Shown piece after piece: positions 34,690 to 43,009 of a DNA stretch of 64,000 nt (position 1 is its first letter; every line of letters begins with the position of its first letter). The position numbers and the translations under genes were made by a program. Under the pieces are notes generated by a model, which was given only the letters and a program-made list of their open reading frames with translations, made no database searches and was not told the DNA's origin. This DNA comes from an uncultured Microbacterium sp. (GTDB lineage Bacteria > Actinomycetota > Actinomycetes > Actinomycetales > Microbacteriaceae), in contig NZ_CANKZA010000005.1 in the NCBI RefSeq assembly GCF_947488465.1, forward strand, positions 99,762-163,761, given 5' to 3'.

Positions 34690-36653
34690 CGCAGCACGAG
34701 CTCGGAGCCGAGGAGACCACGTCCGAGGGTGGTCGCCTGGGGCGTGCCCTCGATCGCGGGTGGGAGCGCGTGGATCGCGCCTGGATCTCGATGAGCGACA
34801 GCGTCCGCGACAGCACCGTCGGACGCTGGTTCAAGGGTGTGGAGCAGCCCAATGCTGCCGACTGGGCCCTTCTCGGAGCGATCAGCGCGCTCGCTTTCGT
34901 CACTTTCCTCTACGGCGATGTGAAGGCGACCTTCGAGCATTCGTTCAACTTCCTCGATGCTGTCTTCGCCGGACGGCCGCAGGACTTCTACCAGATCGCG
35001 ATCGAGAACTCGACGTTCGGTCATCCGGCCGTCTATGACGTTCCGATCTACGCGGTCTTCGGCCTCTGGAACCTGCCGACCTACGTCATGTACCGTTTCG
35101 GCGACTTCGACTACCTGAACTCCACGCCCGCGCACCTGTGGCTGAAGCTGATGATGGTCGTCTTCACGCTCGTCGCGACTCGTCTCGTGATGGCGATCGC
35201 GAAGACGATCGGTGTGAGCGCGCAACGCGCGAAGTGGGTGGGTTTCTACTTCCTGTCGTCGATGGCACTGTTCGTCCCGGTCCTGGTGATCGTGCAGTAC
35301 GACATCATCTCGATCACGCTCATGTTGGCTGGCCTTCTCGCCTACATGAAGGGCAGAACACGGTCGTTCCTCCTGTGGTTCTTGCTTGCGATCACCTTCA
35401 AGCTCTTCGCGCTGTTCATCTTCATCCCGCTGGTCCTGCTCCGCGAGAAGCGGCTGCTCCGCGCAGCCGGCCAGCTCGCCGTCGGCGTGCTCGGGCTCGT
35501 GCTGTGCCGGTTGATGTACCGCGGCGATCTGGCGTTCGAGGCGTCCACCGGCGGCTTCACGGACCTCATGCTCGATCGCCTGCGCACCTCGGGCTTCACC
35601 TGGCAATCGAGCATCCCGGTGCCGCTGTTCGTGGTCTTCATCGTAGGACTCGCCATTTTCGCCTACGCAAAGCGCACCTCGAGCACGCGTGAGCTTCAGG
35701 CTTTCGCCATCTACCTGTCGCTCGCTGCGTTCCTGGTGTTCTGCGCGATCGTGCCGCTGAACCCGTACTGGATCAACCTGGTCGCACCGTTCTCGATCCT
35801 GATCATCTTCGCGAACCCCCGTTACCTCACACTGAACTCGCTGTTGGAGGTGGCGATCGGCACGACGCTGTTCGTCATCTACATGCTGGTGGGCTTCTCG
35901 ATGTACAACGCGGGAATCTTCACGGACCTGCTGTTCGGCCAGTTCATTCCGCCGGCAGACCCGCAGCGCTTTGCCACACCCGGGGACATCCTGCGCGGGC
36001 TCGGGCTCGGCGGCAACAACGTCATCTTCATGGTCGGCTTCATGATCGCGTGCGTGCTGGCCGTCCTGATCATCAACTACCCGCGACCGGCGTTCATCGA
36101 GGGCATGCCGAACGCGCAGACGATCAAGCGCAGCGTCGTCTGGATCCGTGTGGCGGCGCTGTTCGGATTCTGCGGCCTGCTGTTCGGGATGTACCTGATC
36201 CCGGCCACGCCCACCGTGTATTCGTCGGTGAGCCCCGCCCCCGGTCTCACCGAGGTCGACGTCCTCGCGCCGGACTCCGTCGTCGCGGAGGAGGTCGAGT
36301 TCGACACGACGCTGAACGTCACCCAGGTGCAGATCGGGATGGACGCCTCGGCCGTGACGTGGATCAACTCGGCGATCATCAACGTGAGCATCGTCGACGC
36401 GACCGGAGACTCTGTGTTCGCCGGGTCCACCCCAGCGAACGCCGTCGGCGTCGGCCTGGCCTCGTTCCGCGCGGATGGTCTCGTGTTGGAGGCCGGTGAG
36501 ACATACACGGTGCGTCTCACGGGAGCACAGTCCGAAGGTGAACCGCTCTACGTGCAGGTCAACCCCGATCAAGACCGTTTCCCGACGACCGAGAACGGCA
36601 AGCCCGTCGACGGAGATCTGGTGATGGTCCTCAAGGGCACCGAGGCGAAGTAG
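34686..36653 (+). CDS. polytopic membrane protein, putative GT-C-type extracytoplasmic glycosyltransferase with a C-terminal beta-rich domain
   Basis: ATGA overlap with gtrA. About 12 TM helices over 470 aa, then a soluble tail of roughly 170 aa. Assigned by architecture and context only. Confidence 0.55.
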   Translation: MTQHELGAEETTSEGGRLGRALDRGWERVDRAWISMSDSVRDSTVGRWFKGVEQPNAADWALLGAISALAFVTFLYGDVKATFEHSFNFLDAVFAGRPQDFYQIAIENSTFGHPAVYDVPIYAVFGLWNLPTYVMYRFGDFDYLNSTPAHLWLKLMMVVFTLVATRLVMAIAKTIGVSAQRAKWVGFYFLSSMALFVPVLVIVQYDIISITLMLAGLLAYMKGRTRSFLLWFLLAITFKLFALFIFIPLVLLREKRLLRAAGQLAVGVLGLVLCRLMYRGDLAFEASTGGFTDLMLDRLRTSGFTWQSSIPVPLFVVFIVGLAIFAYAKRTSSTRELQAFAIYLSLAAFLVFCAIVPLNPYWINLVAPFSILIIFANPRYLTLNSLLEVAIGTTLFVIYMLVGFSMYNAGIFTDLLFGQFIPPADPQRFATPGDILRGLGLGGNNVIFMVGFMIACVLAVLIINYPRPAFIEGMPNAQTIKRSVVWIRVAALFGFCGLLFGMYLIPATPTVYSSVSPAPGLTEVDVLAPDSVVAEEVEFDTTLNVTQVQIGMDASAVTWINSAIINVSIVDATGDSVFAGSTPANAVGVGLASFRADGLVLEAGETYTVRLTGAQSEGEPLYVQVNPDQDRFPTTENGKPVDGDLVMVLKGTEAK

Positions 36654-36734
36654 CCCTCGACCACGCGGACGGTCGGGGGAGTGTCACCGTGGCGCGGCGC
36701 GCAGACGTGCTCCATACTGGCGTAGCGCACGCAT

Positions 36735-36746
36735 CCTGACGTCAGG
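36735..36746. promoter_or_regulatory. perfect 12-bp palindrome CCTGACGTCAGG upstream of the repeat protein gene
   Basis: Self-complementary 12-mer 49 nt upstream of ATG 36795, in a 141-nt spacer. Possible operator. Confidence 0.3.
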
Positions 36747-36794
36747 CTCTGTCGCGTCGCAGGCCCTGTCCGACCATGATTCACCGGGGAACAC

Positions 36795-38369
36795 ATGATG
36801 CGTCACCGCACCCGCTTGCGTATCCGTCGATCCCTCGTCGCTCTCGCTGCCGTCGCCTTGGCGGCCTCACTGAGCGTGACGGCGGCCGGCGCTGCCCAGG
36901 CCGCCGCGCCCAGCCACCCCGGGACATTCGTGAGTCTCGATCCTGCGCGGCTTCTGGACACGCGTGTGGGCAACGGCGCTCCTCAAGCGGCGGTGCCGCC
37001 GAACGGGGCGGTGGTGTTGCAGGTCACGGGGCGTGGCGGGGTTCCGAGCACCGGCGTTGCCGCGGTGGTCGTCAACGTCACGGTGACCGGTCCTGCAGCG
37101 GCGGGGTTCATCACGGTCTATCCGACGGGAGGCGCGCAGCCCACCGCGTCGAACCTCAACTTCACACCGGGACAGACGATCCCCAACCTCGTCACGGTGA
37201 AAGTGAGTGCACAGGGCACGATCACTCTCGCCAACAACTCGGCGGGCGGGGTGCAGCTTCTCGCAGATGTGGCCGGCTACTACCTCGCCGGGACCCCGAC
37301 CGTGGCCGGAGCGTTCGTGAGCCTGGATCCGGCTCGAGTCCTGGACACGCGCTTCGGCAACGGCGCTGCGCAAGCGGCGGTCGCAGCGAACGGTACGGTC
37401 ACCGTGCAGGCCACCGGTCGAGGCGGCATTCCCGCCTCGGGGGTGTCGGCGGTGGTCGTGAACGTGACCGTGACCGGTCCGGCGGCCGGGGGGTTCGTCA
37501 CGGTGTATCCGTCGGGCAACACACCGCCCAACGCGTCGAACCTGAACTTCACCGCGGCGCAGAGCATTCCCAATCTGGTCACGGTGAGGGTCGGTGGTGA
37601 CGGGAAGATCACTCTTCGCAACAGCTCTGCGGGGACGGTGCACCTCATCGCCGACGTGGCCGGCTACTATCTCGCCGGCACGCCGACCGTCCCCGGTGCG
37701 TTTGCCAGCCTGGCTCCGGCGCGCATTCTGGACACCCGGGAGGGCACCGGTGCGGCGCAGGTGGCTGTTCGCGGCGGCGGGTGGCTCGAAGCGCAGGTCG
37801 CGGACCGAGGGTTCATCCCGGCGGTCGATGCGGCTGCCGTGGTCATGAACGTGACGGCGACGGCCCCCCAGACGTGGGGGTTCGTCACGGTTCATCCGAA
37901 CGGCGTGGGCCAGCCGACCGCCTCGAACCTGAACTTCGCCGCCGGCGAGAGCATCCCCAACCTCGTGATCGTGAAGGTGGGCCTCAACGGGAAGGTCAAC
38001 CTTGTGAACAACTCCCCGGGATCGGTCCACCTGATCGCCGACGTCGCCGGCTACTTCCTCGGCAGCTCGGATGAACCCGACGAGGTGTGGCCGACGGGCT
38101 GGTACTTCGAGGACTGCGGCACGGAGTGGGACTCACTCATCCTCTTGGCCAGCCCGGGTATCGTCTACAGCCCTCAGGGAAACCTGACGTACTTCGAAGG
38201 CGAGTGGTTCTACGAGTATTACCCGGGCGGCGCCCAGCAGGTCACCGTGACCGCGTCGGCCGCCGCGGGGTACGTGATGCTCTCCGGCGACGGGACCGAC
38301 TGGGTGACCAACCCGGACGGCTCGGTCACTCTCACCCTGCCGTTCACGAACGATCCCTGCTATTGGTAG
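36795..38369 (+). CDS. secreted protein with three 129-aa tandem domains and a Trp/Tyr-rich C-terminal domain
   Basis: Signal peptide MMRHRTRLRIRRSLVALAAVALAASLSVTAAGAAQA, with an RR-S-L-V Tat-like motif. See the repeat feature. Confidence 0.75.
   Translation: MMRHRTRLRIRRSLVALAAVALAASLSVTAAGAAQAAAPSHPGTFVSLDPARLLDTRVGNGAPQAAVPPNGAVVLQVTGRGGVPSTGVAAVVVNVTVTGPAAAGFITVYPTGGAQPTASNLNFTPGQTIPNLVTVKVSAQGTITLANNSAGGVQLLADVAGYYLAGTPTVAGAFVSLDPARVLDTRFGNGAAQAAVAANGTVTVQATGRGGIPASGVSAVVVNVTVTGPAAGGFVTVYPSGNTPPNASNLNFTAAQSIPNLVTVRVGGDGKITLRNSSAGTVHLIADVAGYYLAGTPTVPGAFASLAPARILDTREGTGAAQVAVRGGGWLEAQVADRGFIPAVDAAAVVMNVTATAPQTWGFVTVHPNGVGQPTASNLNFAAGESIPNLVIVKVGLNGKVNLVNNSPGSVHLIADVAGYFLGSSDEPDEVWPTGWYFEDCGTEWDSLILLASPGIVYSPQGNLTYFEGEWFYEYYPGGAQQVTVTASAAAGYVMLSGDGTDWVTNPDGSVTLTLPFTNDPCYW
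36921..38081 (+). repeat. three tandem 387-nt (129-codon) coding repeats
   Basis: Units start at 36921, 37308 and 37695. Each carries F-SL-PAR-LDTR-G-G, AVV-NVT-T-P, GF-TV-P, P-ASNLNF and IPNLV-V-V, and ends in ADVAGY(Y/F)L. Confidence 0.85.
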
Positions 38370-38430
38370 ACATGCGCGGCTCAGCGGGGTCTGAGCGTCG
38401 AATCGTGCTCGCCGCCATAGACTCGTCAGT

Positions 38431-39222
38431 GTGACTACAGCCGCCGTCGGAGCCCCGGGATCTCCGCGCCGCTACCTGCACGCACTGTGGCTTCTGACGG
38501 CGCGCGACCTTCGCGTGCGCTACGCTACGAGCGCCCTGGGGTACCTCTGGTCCGTACTGGATCCGCTCGTGATGAGCCTCATCTACTGGTTCGTGTTCAC
38601 CCAGGTGTTCGACCGGACAGTGGGGGAGCAGCCGTACATCGTGTTCTTGATCACGGCGCTGCTCCCGTGGGTGTGGTTCAACAGTGCCGTGTCGGACTTC
38701 ACTCGCGCGTTCAACAAGGACGCTCGTCTCGTGCGATCGACCGCGATTCCGCGGTCGATCTGGGTGAACCGCATCGTGTTGAGCAAGGGCATCGAGTTTC
38801 TCTTCTCACTCCCCGTGCTCGTGCTCTTCGCCGTCTTCGCCGGCGCGAGTGTGGGTTGGGGGATCCTGTGGTTCCCTGTGGCTGTTCTCCTGCAGCTGGC
38901 GCTGCTCGTCGGTCTGGGGTTGCTCGTGGCTCCGCTGTGCGTGCTGTACGCCGACCTCGAACGCACGACGAAGCTGATCCTCCGGGCATTGTTCTACGCG
39001 TCGCCGATCATCTACGGCGTCGCCGATCTGCCGGCGCCGTTCCCGCAGATCGCCGCGTTCAATCCGCTCGCAGGGATCTTCACTCTCTATCGGGTCGGGT
39101 TCTTCCCCGACCAATGGGACACGCTCAGCGTCGTCGTGGGTGCAGGAATGAGCGTCGCCTTCCTCCTGCTCGGTATCTTCGTCTTCCGTCGCCTTGAGCG
39201 CCCCGTGCTGAAGGAGCTGTGA
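38431..39222 (+). CDS. ABC-2 type polysaccharide export permease (second exporter)
   Basis: LLTARDLRVRYATSALGYLWSVLDP signature and 6 TM helices. Confidence 0.85.
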   Translation: MTTAAVGAPGSPRRYLHALWLLTARDLRVRYATSALGYLWSVLDPLVMSLIYWFVFTQVFDRTVGEQPYIVFLITALLPWVWFNSAVSDFTRAFNKDARLVRSTAIPRSIWVNRIVLSKGIEFLFSLPVLVLFAVFAGASVGWGILWFPVAVLLQLALLVGLGLLVAPLCVLYADLERTTKLILRALFYASPIIYGVADLPAPFPQIAAFNPLAGIFTLYRVGFFPDQWDTLSVVVGAGMSVAFLLLGIFVFRRLERPVLKEL

Positions 39223-39962
39223 TGCTGGGCACCGCCATCGATGTTCGCGATCTCGGTGTTCGTTTCCGTCGCAACCGGCGGGGACGGCGCAGCTTCAAGG
39301 ACCTGTTCGCCGATTCATCCCGCCGGTCCAAGCCGGGGGAGTTCTGGGCGCTGCGGGGCGTCTCGTTCACGGTGCAGCCCGGCGAGTCGATCGGCGTCGT
39401 CGGGCGCAACGGTCAAGGTAAATCGACGCTGCTCAAACTCGTCGCCGGTGTCTTGCTCCCCGATGAGGGACACGTCACGGTGAGCGGAGGCGTGGCGCCC
39501 CTCATCGAGATCACGGGGGGCTTTGTCGGCGACCTGACAGTGCGCGAGAACGTGCGCCTGACGGCGGGACTGCACGGCATGTCGCGCGCCGAAGTGTCGC
39601 GTCGATTCGACGGGATCATCGATTTCGCTGAGCTCCGTGAGTCGATTGACACCCCGTACAAGCATCTCTCGAACGGCATGAAGGTCCGTCTTGCGTTCGC
39701 GGTCGTCTCGCAGCTGGAAGAGCCGATCCTGCTCGTCGACGAAGTGCTCGCGGTGGGGGATAAAGCCTTTCGGGAGAAGTGTTACAAGCGCATCGACGAG
39801 CTCCTCGCGGAGGGACGCACGCTCTTCTTCGTCAGTCACAACGAGAAGGATCTGCGCCGGTTCTGCACCCGTGGTCTCTACCTCGACAAAGGCGTCTTGG
39901 CGATGGATGCTCCGATCGCCGACGTGTTGAACCGCTACAACGCGGACTACAACGCGGGGTGA
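39219..39962 (+). CDS. polysaccharide export ABC ATPase (second exporter, no C-terminal extension)
   Basis: GRNGQGKST, LSNGM and LLVDEVLAVGD motifs. 247 aa. Start/stop overlaps the permease gene. Confidence 0.9.
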   Translation: MMLGTAIDVRDLGVRFRRNRRGRRSFKDLFADSSRRSKPGEFWALRGVSFTVQPGESIGVVGRNGQGKSTLLKLVAGVLLPDEGHVTVSGGVAPLIEITGGFVGDLTVRENVRLTAGLHGMSRAEVSRRFDGIIDFAELRESIDTPYKHLSNGMKVRLAFAVVSQLEEPILLVDEVLAVGDKAFREKCYKRIDELLAEGRTLFFVSHNEKDLRRFCTRGLYLDKGVLAMDAPIADVLNRYNADYNAG

Positions 39963-39969
39963 CGGCGGA

Positions 39970-42105
39970 TCACTCCAGTGCTGCCAGCAGGCGGTCGCCG
40001 AGGATCGGTGCGAGGCTGCGCGCGTAGGTTCCGCTGATGTGGTTGCTGTCGGCGTAGGCCACCACCCCGCCGATATAGGACATGCAGGTGCCGTCTGCGC
40101 AGAAGAGGTCAGTGATGTCGATCATCGGCACGTCCACTCCCGCAGCTTCGGTGATGGGGTCCGTGAGAACGGCGGCGTCCTCCGGTTGGGAGCAGGGAGC
40201 TGTCGCGGGAACGGTGATCTGCGAGAGACAGGTAGGGATGTCGGTGTCAGCGGTCACGGGGATGTCCCGCAACAGGAGGACCTGCTTGCCTGTGGCCTCG
40301 ATCGATGACCAGACTTCGCGCATCGCATCTCGCTGCTGCGCTTGCAGCGCGGCATCGCCCGGGATGAACACGCGACTGTCGAACACGTGGTACACCACCA
40401 CGCTGATGTCGGTGCGCTCGCGCAGTTCCTGTTGGACGCGAGCGCCCCAGGTCGCGCATCCCTCCCGGAAGCTCTCTTCCCAGTGCGAGACCTTGTCGGC
40501 CTCCGAGTGCACCGCGGAGCACGCAAACCTCGTAAAGGTGTCCACCCGCCATCCCGCTTTCGCGAAATACTCGTGGAACGCGGGGATCGTGGCGGCTGCG
40601 TGGGAGTCGCCGACCAGTGCGAGTGTTCCGGCGGGTCCCATGGGATCACCGTAGGTGCACGTACGCCACTCTTCGTGGAGCTGCGTCAAGCGCCAGTTCG
40701 GGTCGAGATCTGTCGCCGCGTAGGCCGTATCGATCGCGGAACGTGCGGTGAACGGGTCGATGCACAACTCGGGCTCGAGCGCCGCTGTCACGCCATAGCA
40801 CACCCGCGGCTCGCCTTCGGAGGCATCTTCCGCGCTCTCTGCTGCCGCGCTCTCCGCGGCGGCCCGCGCGGCTTCGGCCCGCTCCGCCGCCTCAGCGATC
40901 GAGGCGTGGACGGCGGCGACCTGAAGTGCGGCAACGAGAACGATCACGAGTGGCACGACCACGGCGAAGGAGAACTCGCGCCAGGGGCGGCGTCCCCATC
41001 TGCGCGAACGGGCCGGATCCTCGACGAATCGGCTGGACAAGGCACCGAGAAGCACCGCCAGGCCGACGATCACCCATTTGTCGAGGTCTCCGATCGCACG
41101 CTGCAAGGCGAACGGCGCCAGAACGATGAGCGGCCAGTGCCACAGATAGATGGAGTACGACCACGTACCGATGCTCGCGATGGGTCGCAACTCCGAGACG
41201 CCGCTCACCGTGACACGTCCGCGCTGCGCCCCGGCCAGGAGAACGACGAGAGCGCCCGCCACGAGGACGAGGGCCATCGTTCCCGGGAACGGCGACGCAT
41301 CGGTGTATGTGACGCTCGCGACGAGGATGACGGCGACGCCCGCCCAGGCGAGGAGGCTCGCGAGCGCCGCGCGGCTTCCGGAGCCCGACGCCTGCATCGC
41401 GGGAAACCGGGAGACAAGCAGCGCGAGGAGCGCGCCGCCGGCGAACTCCCACGCGCGGACGAACGTGTTGAAATAAGCCTCACCGGGCGACGTGACTGTC
41501 AGGGTCGCCGAGAAGATGAGTGATGTCGCGAAGACCAGACCGAGCGCGATCGCGAGTGCACGTCGCGCCGTGCCCCAGGGCAGGGTGCCCGCGCGTCGAC
41601 GGAGCAGGGCAGTGACGACCATGGTGATCCCGACGATGAGGATCGGCCAGATCACATAGAGCTACTCCTCGACGGCGAGCGACCAGTAGTGCTGGACGAC
41701 AGAGGGGGCATCATCCTGGGCGAGATAGTCGACCGACTCGCGCGCGAACACCCAGTTCACGGCGTAGAGAGCACTGGCGCCGATGTCGGTGAAGGCGCGA
41801 ATCCGCTCGCTCGCCGGCATCCAGATCGCCGTACCTGCGAGCGTGGCGACCAAGACGAGGAGGGAGGCGGGCAGGAGCCTTCTGATCCTCCGGGCCCAGA
41901 AGGCAGGAACGGCGACGCGGCCGGTCTCGGAGAGCTCGCGGAAGAGATGCTGCGAGATGAGGAAGCCCGAGATGACGAAGAAGACATCGACGCCGATGTA
42001 CCCGCCGGGCAGGACGTCGGGCCACAGGTGGTAGACGAGCACGAGCGTCACGGCCAACGCGCGCAGGCCCTGGATGTCGGGCCGAAAGCCCGACGGTCGC
42101 CGCAC
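39970..42105 (-). pseudogene. fused acyltransferase-3 + SGNH (OafA/OatA-like) O-acetyltransferase interrupted by an in-frame TAG at 41664..41662
   Basis: ORFs 41662..42570 and 39970..41655 share one frame. The junction reads HYWSLAVEE-TAG-LYVIWPILIV. AT3 N-terminus RPDIQGLRALAV; SGNH motifs LVGDSHA and ADSNHIS. Candidate start is GTG 42105 (VRRPSGFRPDIQGL), or ATG 42210. Confidence 0.75.
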
Positions 42106-42883
42106 GGAGGTCGTGCGCTCGCGTCGGCTTCTCAGGTCGGCCCGCGGAGACGCCGACCGCGCAGACCGAGTGCGAGCCGCTACCGACGTGAGCACCTTGG
42201 AAGAATGCATGATTGCCGGGCACGCCGTACGGTCGCAGGTAGGGACTGGGCAGCGACGCGGTGAGGCCGGCGTGCCAGCGGCCGTCGACGATGATGCCGA
42301 CGGGAATCGGAGCGTACAGATCGGCGTGGTCGAAGCCCCAGCCGACGATCGCCATCGTTCCTCCGCCCACGTCGATGAGCGACATGTCCCCCTGCGGCAA
42401 CAGCGTGGGCAACGTGACCGTTGTGCAGGACGGATAGGCGTTGGCCCCGGCGCCGATGCCCACGCCGACGATACAGATCTTGTACGACCCACCGTCCGCG
42501 AGAGTCTTGGACCATCGGAATCCATGCCCGCCGGGAACCCCGTACCGCGCCAGTTCGGGGGAGGGGGCATCGGCGAAAGTGGCGAGCATCCACTGATCGT
42601 CGATCGTGATGCCGACGGGAATTCGGTCGTAGAGGTCGCTGCGGTCGAAGGCCCACCCGCGCACCGTGATCGTCGATCCGTGGACGTCGACCTGGAATGC
42701 GGCTTCCGCGTTGAAGAGCGCTCGCTGCTGGGTGCGCGTCGCTCCCTCTTGGATGAATCGGGCGAGGAATCGTGCGATCGCGCTCTGGTCCGCCTGGTTG
42801 AAGTGTATCCAGTCGCTCGCCGAGTGGAAGGAGGACGGGTGCAGGCGTGACTTCAGCCAGGAGCGGTCGCTCGACGTCGGCAT
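41711..42883 (-). CDS. protein with two GW-x-FD beta-domain repeats; 3' end anomalous (recognisable sequence stops near 42140)
   Basis: Repeats ITVRGWAFDRSDLYDRIPVGITIDD...YKICIVGVG and MAIVGWGFDHADLYAPIPVGIIVDG...HSVCAVGVS. After about aa 248 the frame becomes an Arg/Pro-rich read-through across the AT3 N-terminus, which is encoded in another frame. Confidence 0.5.
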   Translation of the reverse strand: MPTSSDRSWLKSRLHPSSFHSASDWIHFNQADQSAIARFLARFIQEGATRTQQRALFNAEAAFQVDVHGSTITVRGWAFDRSDLYDRIPVGITIDDQWMLATFADAPSPELARYGVPGGHGFRWSKTLADGGSYKICIVGVGIGAGANAYPSCTTVTLPTLLPQGDMSLIDVGGGTMAIVGWGFDHADLYAPIPVGIIVDGRWHAGLTASLPSPYLRPYGVPGNHAFFQGAHVGSGSHSVCAVGVSAGRPEKPTRAHDLRAATVGLSARHPGPARVGRDARARLPPVARRPARRVHRRRCLLRHLGLPHLAASLPRALRDRPRRRSCLLGPEDQKAPARLPPRLGRHARRYGDLDAGERADSRLHRHRRQCSLRRELGVRARVGRLSRPG

Positions 42884-43009
42884 GATGCCTGCGTCGGTCA
42901 GCGCCCCGTTGGCCCCATGTGCGCACCATCGATAACCGCTCCCCAGCGTCAGATCCGGTCTCAGCGATCGGCCTCGACCCGCTGTATCTAGCAGAGAGCG
43001 GGGTGGTGC

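Noticed and set aside
36921-38081. Regular 387-nt tandem repeats that could superficially suggest a repeat array or CRISPR.
   Set aside because: The period is far too long and there are no unique spacers. The repeats are in frame inside one ORF and conserved at the protein level, so they are coding domain repeats.
41662-41664. The TAG could be a programmed recoding site (pyrrolysine or read-through).
   Set aside because: No pyl genes or recoding signals are visible, and pyrrolysine is not known in this lineage. The family consensus at this position is Gln (CAG), so a nonsense mutation or a sequencing error is simpler.
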